64,000 bases of DNA from an uncultured Solirubrobacteraceae bacterium (lineage in GTDB: Bacteria; Actinomycetota; Thermoleophilia; Solirubrobacterales; Solirubrobacteraceae), in assembly GCA_964588985.1 (NCBI GenBank), contig CAZPQW010000001.1, positions 1-64,000 of the forward strand. The letters are read 5' to 3'. Both the position numbers and the translations under genes were made by a program. Every line of letters starts with the position of its first letter. Positions within the stretch are counted from its first letter, which is position 1. The notes under the pieces were generated by a model. The model was not told the DNA's origin and did not search any database. It saw only the letters and a program-made list of their open reading frames with translations. Of this stretch, positions 30,701 to 38,494 are shown one piece after another.

Positions 30701-33002
30701 ACAAACGATCTACTACCAGAGCGGCACGTTTACGAAGCATCCGACATGTGGTGGACATCCGGAGTGGGCAGGACTGGTTTGCCAAGCCCAGCCGGCGATG
30801 CAACCGCTACCCCACGTGTCCGGCATGCCCGAACTCCCGGTCAAGACATATTCGTACAACCTGTACGGTGGCGTGGAATCGATTGTGGAAACGTTCGGGG
30901 CCACCACCCGCACGACGAAACATACGTTTGACGCGGCAGGCCGCGTCGTCACGAGCGAAATCGTCAGTAGTACCGGTACTGCGCTTCCAACTGTCACCAA
31001 TACGTACAACACCACGACGGGTTCTGTAGAAGTGCAGACAGCGACAAAAACCGGCAGCCCCACGGAGACCGTCACAACGGTCGAAGACGCCCTGGGCCGG
31101 CTTGTCAGCTACACCGATGCCGACAAAAACGTGACGACGTATAAATACGACATCGGCGGACGCGTCACGGAAGTCAACGACGGTAAAGCGGACGGAAAAG
31201 GCATTGAGACGTTCGTGTATAGCGAAACCAGTGGGCTTCCCACGGAACTAACCACCACAGCATGCAGCGGGTGCAACTTCACTGCTACCTACGATGCGGA
31301 AGGCCATCAGATTACCGAAGGGCTTCCGAATGGCATGACCGCAACCTACATCTACAACGCGGCCGGGACCGCCACCAGCGTTGTCTACAAAAAGACCACG
31401 CACTGCACGGAAGAACACGAAAAATGCGTTTGGTTCAAAGACGTGCTTGTGCCATCGATTCACGGCCAGTGGCTTACGCAAGAAAGTACTTTCTCGAAGC
31501 AGCAGTATGCGTACGACGAACTGGGCCGACTCACGCAGGTGCAGTCAACGCCGACCGGCAAAGGTTGCACGACACGGGCATATGGCTACGACGAAGAAGG
31601 CAACCGTCTTAGCCTGACAAGTTACCCGCCCAACGCTAAAGCCGAATGCAGCACAGAAGGTGGCGTTGCCGAAACGCACACCTACGACTCTGCTAACCGC
31701 CTCACCGATACTGGAGTGACCTACGACGGAATGGGCGACACGACCGCCCTGCCTGCCGCCGACGCAGAAAAAGTCGAAATGACAAATACGTACTACGCGG
31801 ACGGTCAGCTAGCCACCGCGACGCAGAGCACCGAGGCTCTCGGCTACAGTCTCGATCCAGATCTACGCGTCCGCGAGGTCGTCGCCTCGGGACCGCACTC
31901 GTCTGAAGTCACGTCGCACTACGGCGGCAACGGCACGACAGTGGCGTGGACGAGCAATGCCGCCGGTGAACAATCACAGAACATTATCGGCCTTAACGGG
32001 CGCCTCGTGGCGATCCAAAACAATGGAGCGGCGCCAGAACTCCAGATAGTCAATCTTCACGGCGACATTGTGGCTACGGCGTATCTCTCTGAAACAGCGG
32101 AAGCGCTGGCGACAAGCGCAGACACGACGGAGTACGGAGTACCGACTACAGCTGGTCCCGCGAAATACTCGTGGCTCGGCGCCATATCGCTCCCCACGGC
32201 GGAACTGCCATCGTCGCCGATCCAGATGGGCGTGCGGACGTACATTCCGCAACTTGGGCGCTTCTTGCAGCCCGACGCCGTGGCGGGCGGATCAGCGAAC
32301 GCCTACAGCTACACGTTCGACGACCCTGTCAATAGCTCTGACCCGAGCGGCCAATACGCGATTACAGAACATCAGGAAGCCTGGGTGAGCGAACAAATTG
32401 GAGGCGAAGCTCAGAGTAAAGCGGCGGAAATCGTGCGCGAGGAAGAAGAAGCAGCAGCACGCGCCGAAGCGGAACGCCTAGCTCAGGAAGCGGCGATGCA
32501 AGCCTCGGCGGCTGGCCCGCAGTGGGAAAGCGAATGGGAAGAATGGGAAGAATGGTGGGAAGAAGAAGGATGGGAATTCGAATACGTCTCTAACCAGCAC
32601 GGAGCGCAGTCGGGCGCCGAACCGTTTAGCACCCAGTCCGCTGCCCTTCTCGGTGAATCGAGCACCGAAGGCGGCGAAGGCCAGCTTGCGTTTGGCGCTA
32701 TACCGCTATGCACCGGGACGGCTGTTGGCCCTTGCGCCGAGCTCGAGCACTTCCTGTCCGGCTACCACGGGCGAGGATTGCGCAGCGCATGCGCGGTTGC
32801 GCTGAGCTGGGCGGCCATTCAGGGCGGCTGTGGAGATGACCTTATCCAGCGTGTGCGCGAGGACACTCAGGAGACCCAAACGGAGTATGTCAGTCGGCCG
32901 AGACCGTACGAGGAGGACAAATGGTGCGCTTGCGGCGGTCGGTCCGGAGGAGGACGGTTTGGATGGGAGGAGGAGCCGGCCGAGTTCGAGGGCGACGTGT
33001 AG
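24738..33002 (+). CDS. Secreted RHS/YD-repeat protein with NHL propellers (polymorphic-toxin / teneurin-like architecture)
   Basis: Signal peptide, Ig-like segments, YD repeats, NHL repeats (F..P.GIAV..G..YVADxGNxR), core MGVRTYIPQLGRFLQPD..DPVNSSDPSG (DPSG at 32340-32351) then 216-aa C-terminal domain. Confidence 0.92.
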   Translation: MNLLLLLLRRRTVWLPCAILCCLIAGPVGLATAGVPLLGGSVQAPSLPSLEHGAPTLALTKPSETAVALTAEIRSRTLYEHLDPTRARSVARQAFPALVTDPVEVIPPSTEPQVVGYPSDHAARLLLPGQKHAVIDSQEPVAVTLPNGARRALDLGLAAAPGGDFRARTPAVAVRIPQHLRDGVNLADQGIRLTPINARGVPLVGATGSLDGASVLFADTGVDSDTLVKLVPAGVETDTILRSARSAHTLYFRITAAGRVRLQHADDAAERILVNGRSAAIVPAPVAHDATGSAVPVSMTTSGRTLRLAVTPSPTTTYPIVVDPTVEDTKVLLNGNWIFETNNATAFNVKSLPFEELEMSDPGLGSAASGQFADLNYLTQKWSHIYKFHLWYDNTETAGNGALQDQMALRNSKELEWVQGLSINTGEKPAEICEIPPAYACSSPAIDGENKNNRALYEQQVVKTPAGGSTGTARLELADVYISQELYPTSSLDKTDPTLSGKPNAGYPGTWINTGAGSGTHGVFGLNAYDPGIGIYHQAFRLIEKPGWEEFKWSTSEAINGCKGVQCNECYEFECPSTKVKSAPLSIEGASLPEGEWPLETRVEDYAGLGNDSTEIVKIDNASPTGLAIVGLPPGGQINEGARQVTVRATDGTGTTPSSGVASLVLYANGLEVGKVLPCAPGPCAAAGELTLQHLPVGKSTLTLVATDRAGNVASTEQTVYVRHATPTAVGPVTVNPINGAATITSSDVNVPLANGGALTLTRTYNSRQLTAGSEGSVGPQWTLGLSGSEQLNVTASGATLVGAAGGATRFTKTGSSWEAPKGDQNLSLSEVKEGATVREYLLKNATGTSTIHFKQPTGSESTAPWMPTISEGRTATSTYTYTYTTETVEGKPVIKPLEELAPVPSGVSCVTLEKGCRALKFVYGTSTKATGENESEWNEYTGRLSEVTYVAYNPTTKGMATVGIAKYLYDAHGRLRAEWNPEISPALKTKFGYDSEGHLTAITPPGQEPWLIHYGTTAADSTAGRVLSVARPEASIAFGSGKGSVNEAAPTLSTTTPVVGTTMSVATNGTWSNSPLNYTYQWDDCNAEGKACAAIPGAVNQSYTPHASDAGYKLVAVVTAENAVGAVTAPTGATSALAMTAPTYSLQFGKEGEGENHFKGVGGTAIDASGNVWSTDPGNFRVEEFKSGGAYVGSYGVKGEGEGTVQFREPTAIAINQTTEDVYVVDRVNDRIEELGPKGEYLRVFGKKGNGPGQLESPAGITIDSGGDEWITDAGNSRIEEFTPEGAFITAVGVKGSGEVQFTEPKGIVFNGGRLYVVDSGNNRIEVLSTSGGFLSQFGHAGSGNGEFKEANGIAVDPISGAIVVVDSGNSRVELFNKEGTYLTKAGTKGTGNGSFNSPTGASVNSAGTIYVADSGNSRVEALAATYSIANPPPTPPAKEPNAISTIEYGVPVSGGDAPYPLGASETAKWGQTDNPTEGAAVFPPDEPMGWPAKDYRRATISYLDGNGRVVNTALPSGGIATTEYNELNDVVRTLSADNRATAIAAGTKSAEVAASLESKSTYNTTGTPGTQLETTIGPEHKVKLSSGSEVLARAETKYAYNEGAPKEGGPYNEPTKTESFASYSGKTADTRESTTTYGKEAASWRLGKPQTITSEPKTQHVAHEAFYNSSGGVTESRTPAAANGKFKFEGSFGATGTGHGDFTKGKAISFDAAHGTILLADSGNNRIDEFNAVTGAYVSEWGTSAEGKLSKPFAVAPLNTYNRFVADEALPTYRIADFLSASPFEYSGQWQVGAASKPLAMAVGVNSSKYQTYVALTNDEIKHYETSGGEFFEEPTEAASFGKKGTGNGEFNKPAALAFNTKTGFVYVADTTNSRVEYFSRTGKYEGQFGSAGSTEGKFNKPEGIAVAPSGNVFVADTENNRIEEFTSTGTFIQSFGGAGPEKLVLPIGVTVGEVETPRGKEERIYALNEFGATISMWGLASPDDAQTIYYQSGTFTKHPTCGGHPEWAGLVCQAQPAMQPLPHVSGMPELPVKTYSYNLYGGVESIVETFGATTRTTKHTFDAAGRVVTSEIVSSTGTALPTVTNTYNTTTGSVEVQTATKTGSPTETVTTVEDALGRLVSYTDADKNVTTYKYDIGGRVTEVNDGKADGKGIETFVYSETSGLPTELTTTACSGCNFTATYDAEGHQITEGLPNGMTATYIYNAAGTATSVVYKKTTHCTEEHEKCVWFKDVLVPSIHGQWLTQESTFSKQQYAYDELGRLTQVQSTPTGKGCTTRAYGYDEEGNRLSLTSYPPNAKAECSTEGGVAETHTYDSANRLTDTGVTYDGMGDTTALPAADAEKVEMTNTYYADGQLATATQSTEALGYSLDPDLRVREVVASGPHSSEVTSHYGGNGTTVAWTSNAAGEQSQNIIGLNGRLVAIQNNGAAPELQIVNLHGDIVATAYLSETAEALATSADTTEYGVPTTAGPAKYSWLGAISLPTAELPSSPIQMGVRTYIPQLGRFLQPDAVAGGSANAYSYTFDDPVNSSDPSGQYAITEHQEAWVSEQIGGEAQSKAAEIVREEEEAAARAEAERLAQEAAMQASAAGPQWESEWEEWEEWWEEEGWEFEYVSNQHGAQSGAEPFSTQSAALLGESSTEGGEGQLAFGAIPLCTGTAVGPCAELEHFLSGYHGRGLRSACAVALSWAAIQGGCGDDLIQRVREDTQETQTEYVSRPRPYEEDKWCACGGRSGGGRFGWEEEPAEFEGDV

Positions 33003-33120
33003 CGGTGATCGGCGTCGCCAGACTTATGCTGGGCTACCGCACGTGGGCTGGCAGGATAGCGTTCGATGACGGACTACAATGTCGCTCGCCTGGGCGATGG
33101 ATGCGGCTTGGAGGTAGGAG

Positions 33121-35076
33121 TTGACGATCGACAACACTCTACGCGCGCGCTGCGCGCACGGAGATGCCGTGGCGCCCCTGCGCGAGGTCGAGCTGCTCTT
33201 GGACCAGGAGCGATTCGCGGACGCCGTCTCGCTAGTCGATGAATTACTCGAAGGGTGCGAGCCCCATCCGTCTGCAGCCGGCATGCACGCCGCTCTCGTT
33301 CTCAAGGGTGTGGCGCTAGTACACCTGGACCGGTACAGCGAGGCGAACAAAGTGTTTTCTGACGTGCGGAGCCGAGCATCGTGTGCTCCAGCGGGCGAGA
33401 TGGACGTCGTCAGCATCGAGAACCGGATTGCCGAAGCATTCTTTGCGCGTGGTCACGAGTTGGCGGGCGATGGCCGCCACGCTCAGGCCCTGACGGCCGC
33501 CTTGGCGGTGCTTACACAGTTCGGGGCCGACGGGCCTCCAATCCGGCCGGACATAATTCCGTATGCGCTTCGCCTCAAGGCGACGGCGCAGGCTGGCGCC
33601 GGCGACTCGCGTGGCGCCTTGGCGACGTTGACCGGTCTCGCTCGCGGTTGGCAGCAGTTCGACGATCCCCGCGTGCGACTGGCGGTCCTTGGCGGCCAAC
33701 TGCGGCGTGCGGACCTGCTTGCGACCGCCGGCAAGCGCAAGGACGCGTTGCTGCTACTTGACGACGTGATTGCGGAGTATGGGGCTGCGTCTGAGCCCGA
33801 CATCCGCGCGGGTGTAGAGCACGCGCTGCGTAGCAAGCTCGCGATCCTTCAGGAAATGCGCCGCACTGACGACTTGCTTGCGGCGCATGACGAGCTGATT
33901 CGGTGCTTTCGCGAGCGCCCGCCAGAGAACTCCCCGTATACCGCTGTGGATGCGCTTGCCAGCAAGGCGTCGATTCTCAGCCAGCTTGGACGGCTTTCTG
34001 AGGCGATCGCGGCGAGCGACGAACTCGTCGCCGTGTACGGTGAGGACTCCGATCCGTACGTCCGCCTGAAAGTGGCGGGCGCGTTGGGCGCCATGATCGA
34101 CGTGTTGGCGCGTCAGAAGCGCGAGAGTGAGATCGTCTCCACGGCGACTCGACTCGTCGACTTATTCGGCGAAGCCGACGACGCAGAGCTACGCCTTGAG
34201 GTTGCCCGCGCTCTGAATAACAAGGCAGTCGCGCTGGGGAGTCTCGACCGGTATAACGAGGGCGTTGCCGCTGCTGACAAACTGATCGCGTGGGCCGCGG
34301 ATGACACACGGCCCGAGATCGGTGAACAAGTGGCCCGGATCATGGTTCGCAAGGCGGTGTTCCTGCGCAAGCTGGATCGTCTCGATGAGGCGATCGACAC
34401 TTTCCGTGCGGTTGTCGAACGCTTCGGCGGTGACGATCCCGCGCCCGCCGTTCAGGAGTTGGTGGCTCGAGCATTCGAGGAGCGCATCAGCCTCCTTCAG
34501 CTGACCGGCCGCGACGCTGAGGCGATCGTACTGAGCGACTCGCTCATCCAGCGCGTCTCTGGCGATCCCACGCAGCTTCCGCGTGAGTTGGATGCACTCA
34601 ACGCGAAGGCTGCGGGTCTACTCGGAGAGGGACGATTTGGCGACGCGCTGGTGGTCCTCGCTGAGGTCGGTGAACGATTTGAGGACGACCCGCAAGCGAC
34701 ATGTCGCGGTCCGGCGGCGGTCGCCCTCAACAACAAGGTCAGCGCCCTCACTGAGCTGGGACGGGCAGATGACGCGCAAAGCGCTTTCCAAGAGCTTGTA
34801 GAGACGTTCCCGGAAGAGGCGCTGGAGATTTTCCGCGCGACCGCAAAGCGCGTCACGGCCAGTCCGGCCGTACAGGATCGCGAGCTGTGCGCCTCAGCCC
34901 TCCAAACGCAAGCGCAGATACTCCACAGCCTCGGACGCGACGACGAAGCGCTCGTCGCGTTGGCAGCAGTAATCAGTCGTTTCGAGAACGACGAGGATGA
35001 TCGCGTTCGACGGATTGTGGCTGCCGCTAGAAGCGAGCGCACGGTGATCGTTGAGGCTTGTGCAGAGGAAACCTAA
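33121..35076 (+). CDS. Tetratricopeptide-repeat protein
   Basis: Repeats like VARALNNKAVALGSLDRYNEG..; GGAGG RBS before TTG start. Confidence 0.8.
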   Translation: MTIDNTLRARCAHGDAVAPLREVELLLDQERFADAVSLVDELLEGCEPHPSAAGMHAALVLKGVALVHLDRYSEANKVFSDVRSRASCAPAGEMDVVSIENRIAEAFFARGHELAGDGRHAQALTAALAVLTQFGADGPPIRPDIIPYALRLKATAQAGAGDSRGALATLTGLARGWQQFDDPRVRLAVLGGQLRRADLLATAGKRKDALLLLDDVIAEYGAASEPDIRAGVEHALRSKLAILQEMRRTDDLLAAHDELIRCFRERPPENSPYTAVDALASKASILSQLGRLSEAIAASDELVAVYGEDSDPYVRLKVAGALGAMIDVLARQKRESEIVSTATRLVDLFGEADDAELRLEVARALNNKAVALGSLDRYNEGVAAADKLIAWAADDTRPEIGEQVARIMVRKAVFLRKLDRLDEAIDTFRAVVERFGGDDPAPAVQELVARAFEERISLLQLTGRDAEAIVLSDSLIQRVSGDPTQLPRELDALNAKAAGLLGEGRFGDALVVLAEVGERFEDDPQATCRGPAAVALNNKVSALTELGRADDAQSAFQELVETFPEEALEIFRATAKRVTASPAVQDRELCASALQTQAQILHSLGRDDEALVALAAVISRFENDEDDRVRRIVAAARSERTVIVEACAEET

Positions 35077-35152
35077 GACTGACCTGCTTGAGTCCAACGA
35101 TGTCTAACCCGTCGGCGTTGCTTTCTCGGCCGCAGGGCCGTCAGGGCTGCAC

Positions 35153-36259
35153 GTGAACGCCGTCCGTGGAGCAGCCACGCTTGGAACGCTTGCGATGCTC
35201 TCGACGGCAGGTCTCGCCGCGTGCGGTCATACCAGCGTGCCCGCTGACGCGGTGGCAATCGTGAATGGCGCACCGATCACGCGATCCGAGTTCAACGAGG
35301 AGCTTGCGATCGCCAGCGCGAGCCAGCAACAGAGAGCTCGTCCGTCGTCAAGGAACGTACAGGCTCCACCAACGCCGCCGCAGTTCCGTTCGTGCATATC
35401 GCAGGCACGCTCGGGCGAACGAGGTGGGCCGCATCACTCACTGCTGTCCGAATCATCACTGCGCTCCCGGTGTAAGGATATCTACGACCACCTGCGCTCC
35501 GCCGCGATGAACTTCATCGTTCGTGGCGCGTGGATTGTGGAGGAAGCAAAAAGTCTTGGAATCCGCGCTGGCACCGCTGCGGTCGACGCCCGATACTCGC
35601 AGGTGAAGGCGCGTCAGTTCCCCCAGCCGGCCGCCTTCGCTGCGTTCCTCAAAGCTTCCGGAGAGACCGTTTCTGAGCTTCACTACCGGGTGATGCTCGA
35701 GTTGCTGCGCGAAAAGGTTGAAGCGAGGGTCCAAGCCGAGGCGCCAAAGCCAACCGCAGCTGCAGTCGTCAGGTACTTCAACACGAGCGGCAATCGCTTT
35801 GCGACGGCTCCGCAGCGTGGAGTGCGCCTGATCTATACGGCTACGCGAGTGGGGGCGCTCATGGCAAAGGCTCTGCTCACAAGCGGCGAGGCCTTCGCTG
35901 TCGTCGCAGAGCGATACTCGACAGGCGCGGCGCCAGTCAATGGCGGCGGGCTTATCAAGATCAAGCGGGAAACCCAATCGCCCGCCCTTGACGCAGCGGT
36001 CTTCGGTGCTCCGACTGGACGGGTGGGGGGTCCAATCAAGACCCCGTTGGGCTATGCACTCTTCGAAGTCGCCAAAATCTATCCGCAACAGCGTCAGTCG
36101 CTGTCCGAAGCCACGCCTGCAATCCGCGAGGTTCTCACCTCGGCGAACCAGGAGCGCCAGCTCGCGGCCTTTGATGCCCGCTTCGCGTCCCACTGGCGCT
36201 CGCGGACGGTCTGCGACGCAGCGTTCTTCGAAGCTGAGCTCTGCGGATCTAGCTCGTGA
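35153..36259 (+). CDS. PrsA/SurA-like peptidyl-prolyl isomerase lipoprotein (foldase)
   Basis: LAAC lipobox, VAIVNGAPIT, FAVVAERYS..NGG, GPIKTPLGY. Confidence 0.82.
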   Translation: MNAVRGAATLGTLAMLSTAGLAACGHTSVPADAVAIVNGAPITRSEFNEELAIASASQQQRARPSSRNVQAPPTPPQFRSCISQARSGERGGPHHSLLSESSLRSRCKDIYDHLRSAAMNFIVRGAWIVEEAKSLGIRAGTAAVDARYSQVKARQFPQPAAFAAFLKASGETVSELHYRVMLELLREKVEARVQAEAPKPTAAAVVRYFNTSGNRFATAPQRGVRLIYTATRVGALMAKALLTSGEAFAVVAERYSTGAAPVNGGGLIKIKRETQSPALDAAVFGAPTGRVGGPIKTPLGYALFEVAKIYPQQRQSLSEATPAIREVLTSANQERQLAAFDARFASHWRSRTVCDAAFFEAELCGSSS

Positions 36260-36509
36260 GGCTCAGCGGTTTGAGTCTCGGGCAACTTGGGGCTGGCGCG
36301 AGAACTTGACGAGTAATCGCCGCTGCGTATCTGAACAATGTCCTGTGCCGTCCGGGGCTGAGGCGGACGAGCGCTCCGGTCCATGTGGGCGTGCCGCTTC
36401 GTTGGATACCACCTGCTCGCGGTGCAAGAATCCGGGCATATGAGGTGCGTGCTTCTTGCTTGTCGCGAGGCTGAGCGCAGAGCTACCGACTGGGTTGGAT
36501 CGACCGGGC

Positions 36510-36710
36510 TTTTGGCCGCCGCGAATACCGTTTTGACCGCCGCGAATCGATTTTGTTAGCGGCTGGTTCTTGGCTTTGTGACGCGGTTTGGGTGATTCGC
36601 GGCGGAGTTTTGAGCAGGCCGGTGATAATCCGCCGCGAATACACCCGCCAATGGACCTGTTCGCGCAGAAACTTGGCTTACTGATGCGGGTTTTGCGTAT
36701 TAGCGGCGGA
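36510..36710. repeat. Cluster of CCGCCGC(G/T)AAT direct and inverted repeats
   Basis: Direct copies 36516-36526, 36537-36547, 36630-36640; inverted 36595-36605; one-mismatch inverted copy 36699-36709. Confidence 0.8.
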
Positions 36711-36862
36711 CTTTGACGACGGTGACTAGATATATGGGCATAGCTCTTGGTAGAGCTTCCTTCTCTGGTTGATGCTCGTGCTCGTGTCCGTGTGATTGGC
36801 CATGACTCCTCGCCTGTTGAGCGTCGTGTCCCTGCTGCCTGGCTCGTGCGCGTCGTTCCCTG

Positions 36863-37609
36863 ATGACCCCCGCGCGAGCGACCTACCTCCACCGGTTCGT
36901 GATCCTGCGGACCTTCATGCAGTGGGTCAGCCGCCAGCACGGCACACCCGACCCGTTCCTCACGCTCAAGCCACCACGCCAGCAGACAGCACGCAACTGG
37001 CTCACCCGAGACGAGTTCCTCCAGATACTCAAGGCGGCTGAGCACCCGCCGCGAAAGCTGGCGGGCCTCGTCGAGCGCGACCGGCTCGTGCTGCTCGCGA
37101 TCGTCATGGCTGGCCTGGGTCGCTACGAGTTGATGGCCGCACGCTGGGCAAACATCGATCTCGACACGCGCCCCGCGACCCTCGAAATCCACGCCGGCCT
37201 CGGCCGAACGCCCCGAACCCAGCCACTACCCGTCCAGCTATGCGCAGAGCTCCAACGCTGGCGCGAGCTACGCCAGCCCAGCAGCGTTGGGCACGTGTTC
37301 TGCGGGCTGAAGGGCGGCCGGCTGCAGACCTACACGCTCGAGCAGATCATCACACGCGCCACCAGCCGCGCCGGCCTCGAGAAAAACGTGTCCGCGGGGA
37401 TGCTGCGCCAGACAGGCGCGACCTGGCTACGACAAGGCGGAGCCGCCACATGGCTCACCGCCGAGTACCTCGGGCACACAGACTCACCCACCACCCGCTA
37501 CGGCCACAAGCCCGAGGACCTGCGCGCCGCACTACAAAAGATCGCCGACTACATCACCAACAACCAACCAATCACCGTCCACCGCAAACGCCTCACAACG
37601 TACGACTGA
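36863..37609 (+). CDS. XerC/D-like tyrosine recombinase, N-terminally short and catalytically degenerate
   Basis: RDRLVL..AGLGRYEL (GLR->GLG), AGLG for GKG, SAGMLRQT for HxLRH, but LGH and RY retained. Confidence 0.75.
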   Translation: MTPARATYLHRFVILRTFMQWVSRQHGTPDPFLTLKPPRQQTARNWLTRDEFLQILKAAEHPPRKLAGLVERDRLVLLAIVMAGLGRYELMAARWANIDLDTRPATLEIHAGLGRTPRTQPLPVQLCAELQRWRELRQPSSVGHVFCGLKGGRLQTYTLEQIITRATSRAGLEKNVSAGMLRQTGATWLRQGGAATWLTAEYLGHTDSPTTRYGHKPEDLRAALQKIADYITNNQPITVHRKRLTTYD

Positions 37610-37698
37610 TACACCTACTACACCACCACTGCGTGACCGCGCTCAGACCACGATTCCCGGCCATCCCCCCGCCGCTGAGACGATCAGGGAGGGCGTCG

Positions 37699-38451
37699 CT
37701 ACGCCTGCGGTCTCGGTGAGGAGAGGTAGATTGCTCGTCCTGCTGCGCCCATGCCACACGGCTTCGGCGCGAACTCGGCTCTCAGACCATCTGGTACGCC
37801 ACGGATCTCGCCTCGGTTGTCAACGTCGAAGTTTTGTTGAAGACATCGAGTGAGCTGGGACAGGTAGGTGTCATATGCAAGCTGAGCAACTCTGTCGAGA
37901 TCATCGGGAACGAAACCAAGGCTCGCGCGGGGTGGAGGCACGGCGCCCGGTGGTCCGATCGTAACGCTTTCACTTGAATCCTCATCCATATCGACCGCAA
38001 TGAGCAGTGCGTGGGTATGAAGCTGGGGTGGTGGCTGATCAGCCTGCGGCAGGCGCGCAAATGAGTGAATAAATTGGGCCGCAATTGGAACGGCACCGAT
38101 CGCCACGCCGAGGTGAGCAAGTGCCATATCGACCGCCATCTGGTGCGCTTCGTCGATCGAGCTTTCGGACTCGGGATGGAGCACCCGTATGCTAGAGACG
38201 CTTACTGGTGCTGTGAATTGCAGCTCGACTACGGGGCCTAGCATCTCATTGGCTGCAACCAGATCGCCGATCCCGATCGGGCCATTGATCTTGAGTCCCA
38301 GCTCTGATGCGGCGGCCTGAGTCCCGAACCATCTCGATGGCGGCTCGATCGCGTGTTCATCTATCTCCACGAGTTCAAAGAGATACGAAGAGTCGACCGC
38401 GCTCGCTGCGCGCTGGCTGGATTTGCGGAAAGGGTTGAGCCTCAAGGCCAC
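37699..38451 (-). CDS. Stand-alone TrwC/MobF-like relaxase domain (possibly degenerate)
   Basis: EPPSRWFG..ELGL, ELQFTAPVSVS, AHQMAVDMALAHL, FIHSFAR..PQLHTH, EIRGVP..EF; GTG start 38451 inside ORF 37699..39117. Confidence 0.7.
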   Translation of the reverse strand: MALRLNPFRKSSQRAASAVDSSYLFELVEIDEHAIEPPSRWFGTQAAASELGLKINGPIGIGDLVAANEMLGPVVELQFTAPVSVSSIRVLHPESESSIDEAHQMAVDMALAHLGVAIGAVPIAAQFIHSFARLPQADQPPPQLHTHALLIAVDMDEDSSESVTIGPPGAVPPPRASLGFVPDDLDRVAQLAYDTYLSQLTRCLQQNFDVDNRGEIRGVPDGLRAEFAPKPCGMGAAGRAIYLSSPRPQA

Positions 38452-38494
38452 AACATCATAATGAGAGCTCGGTTGAGCGAGGGTGGTGCCGACG

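Noticed and set aside
36510-36710. Repeat cluster as a CRISPR array or attC cassette array
   Set aside because: Units are only 11-12 bp, in mixed orientation with irregular spacing; no cas genes or integron integrase features
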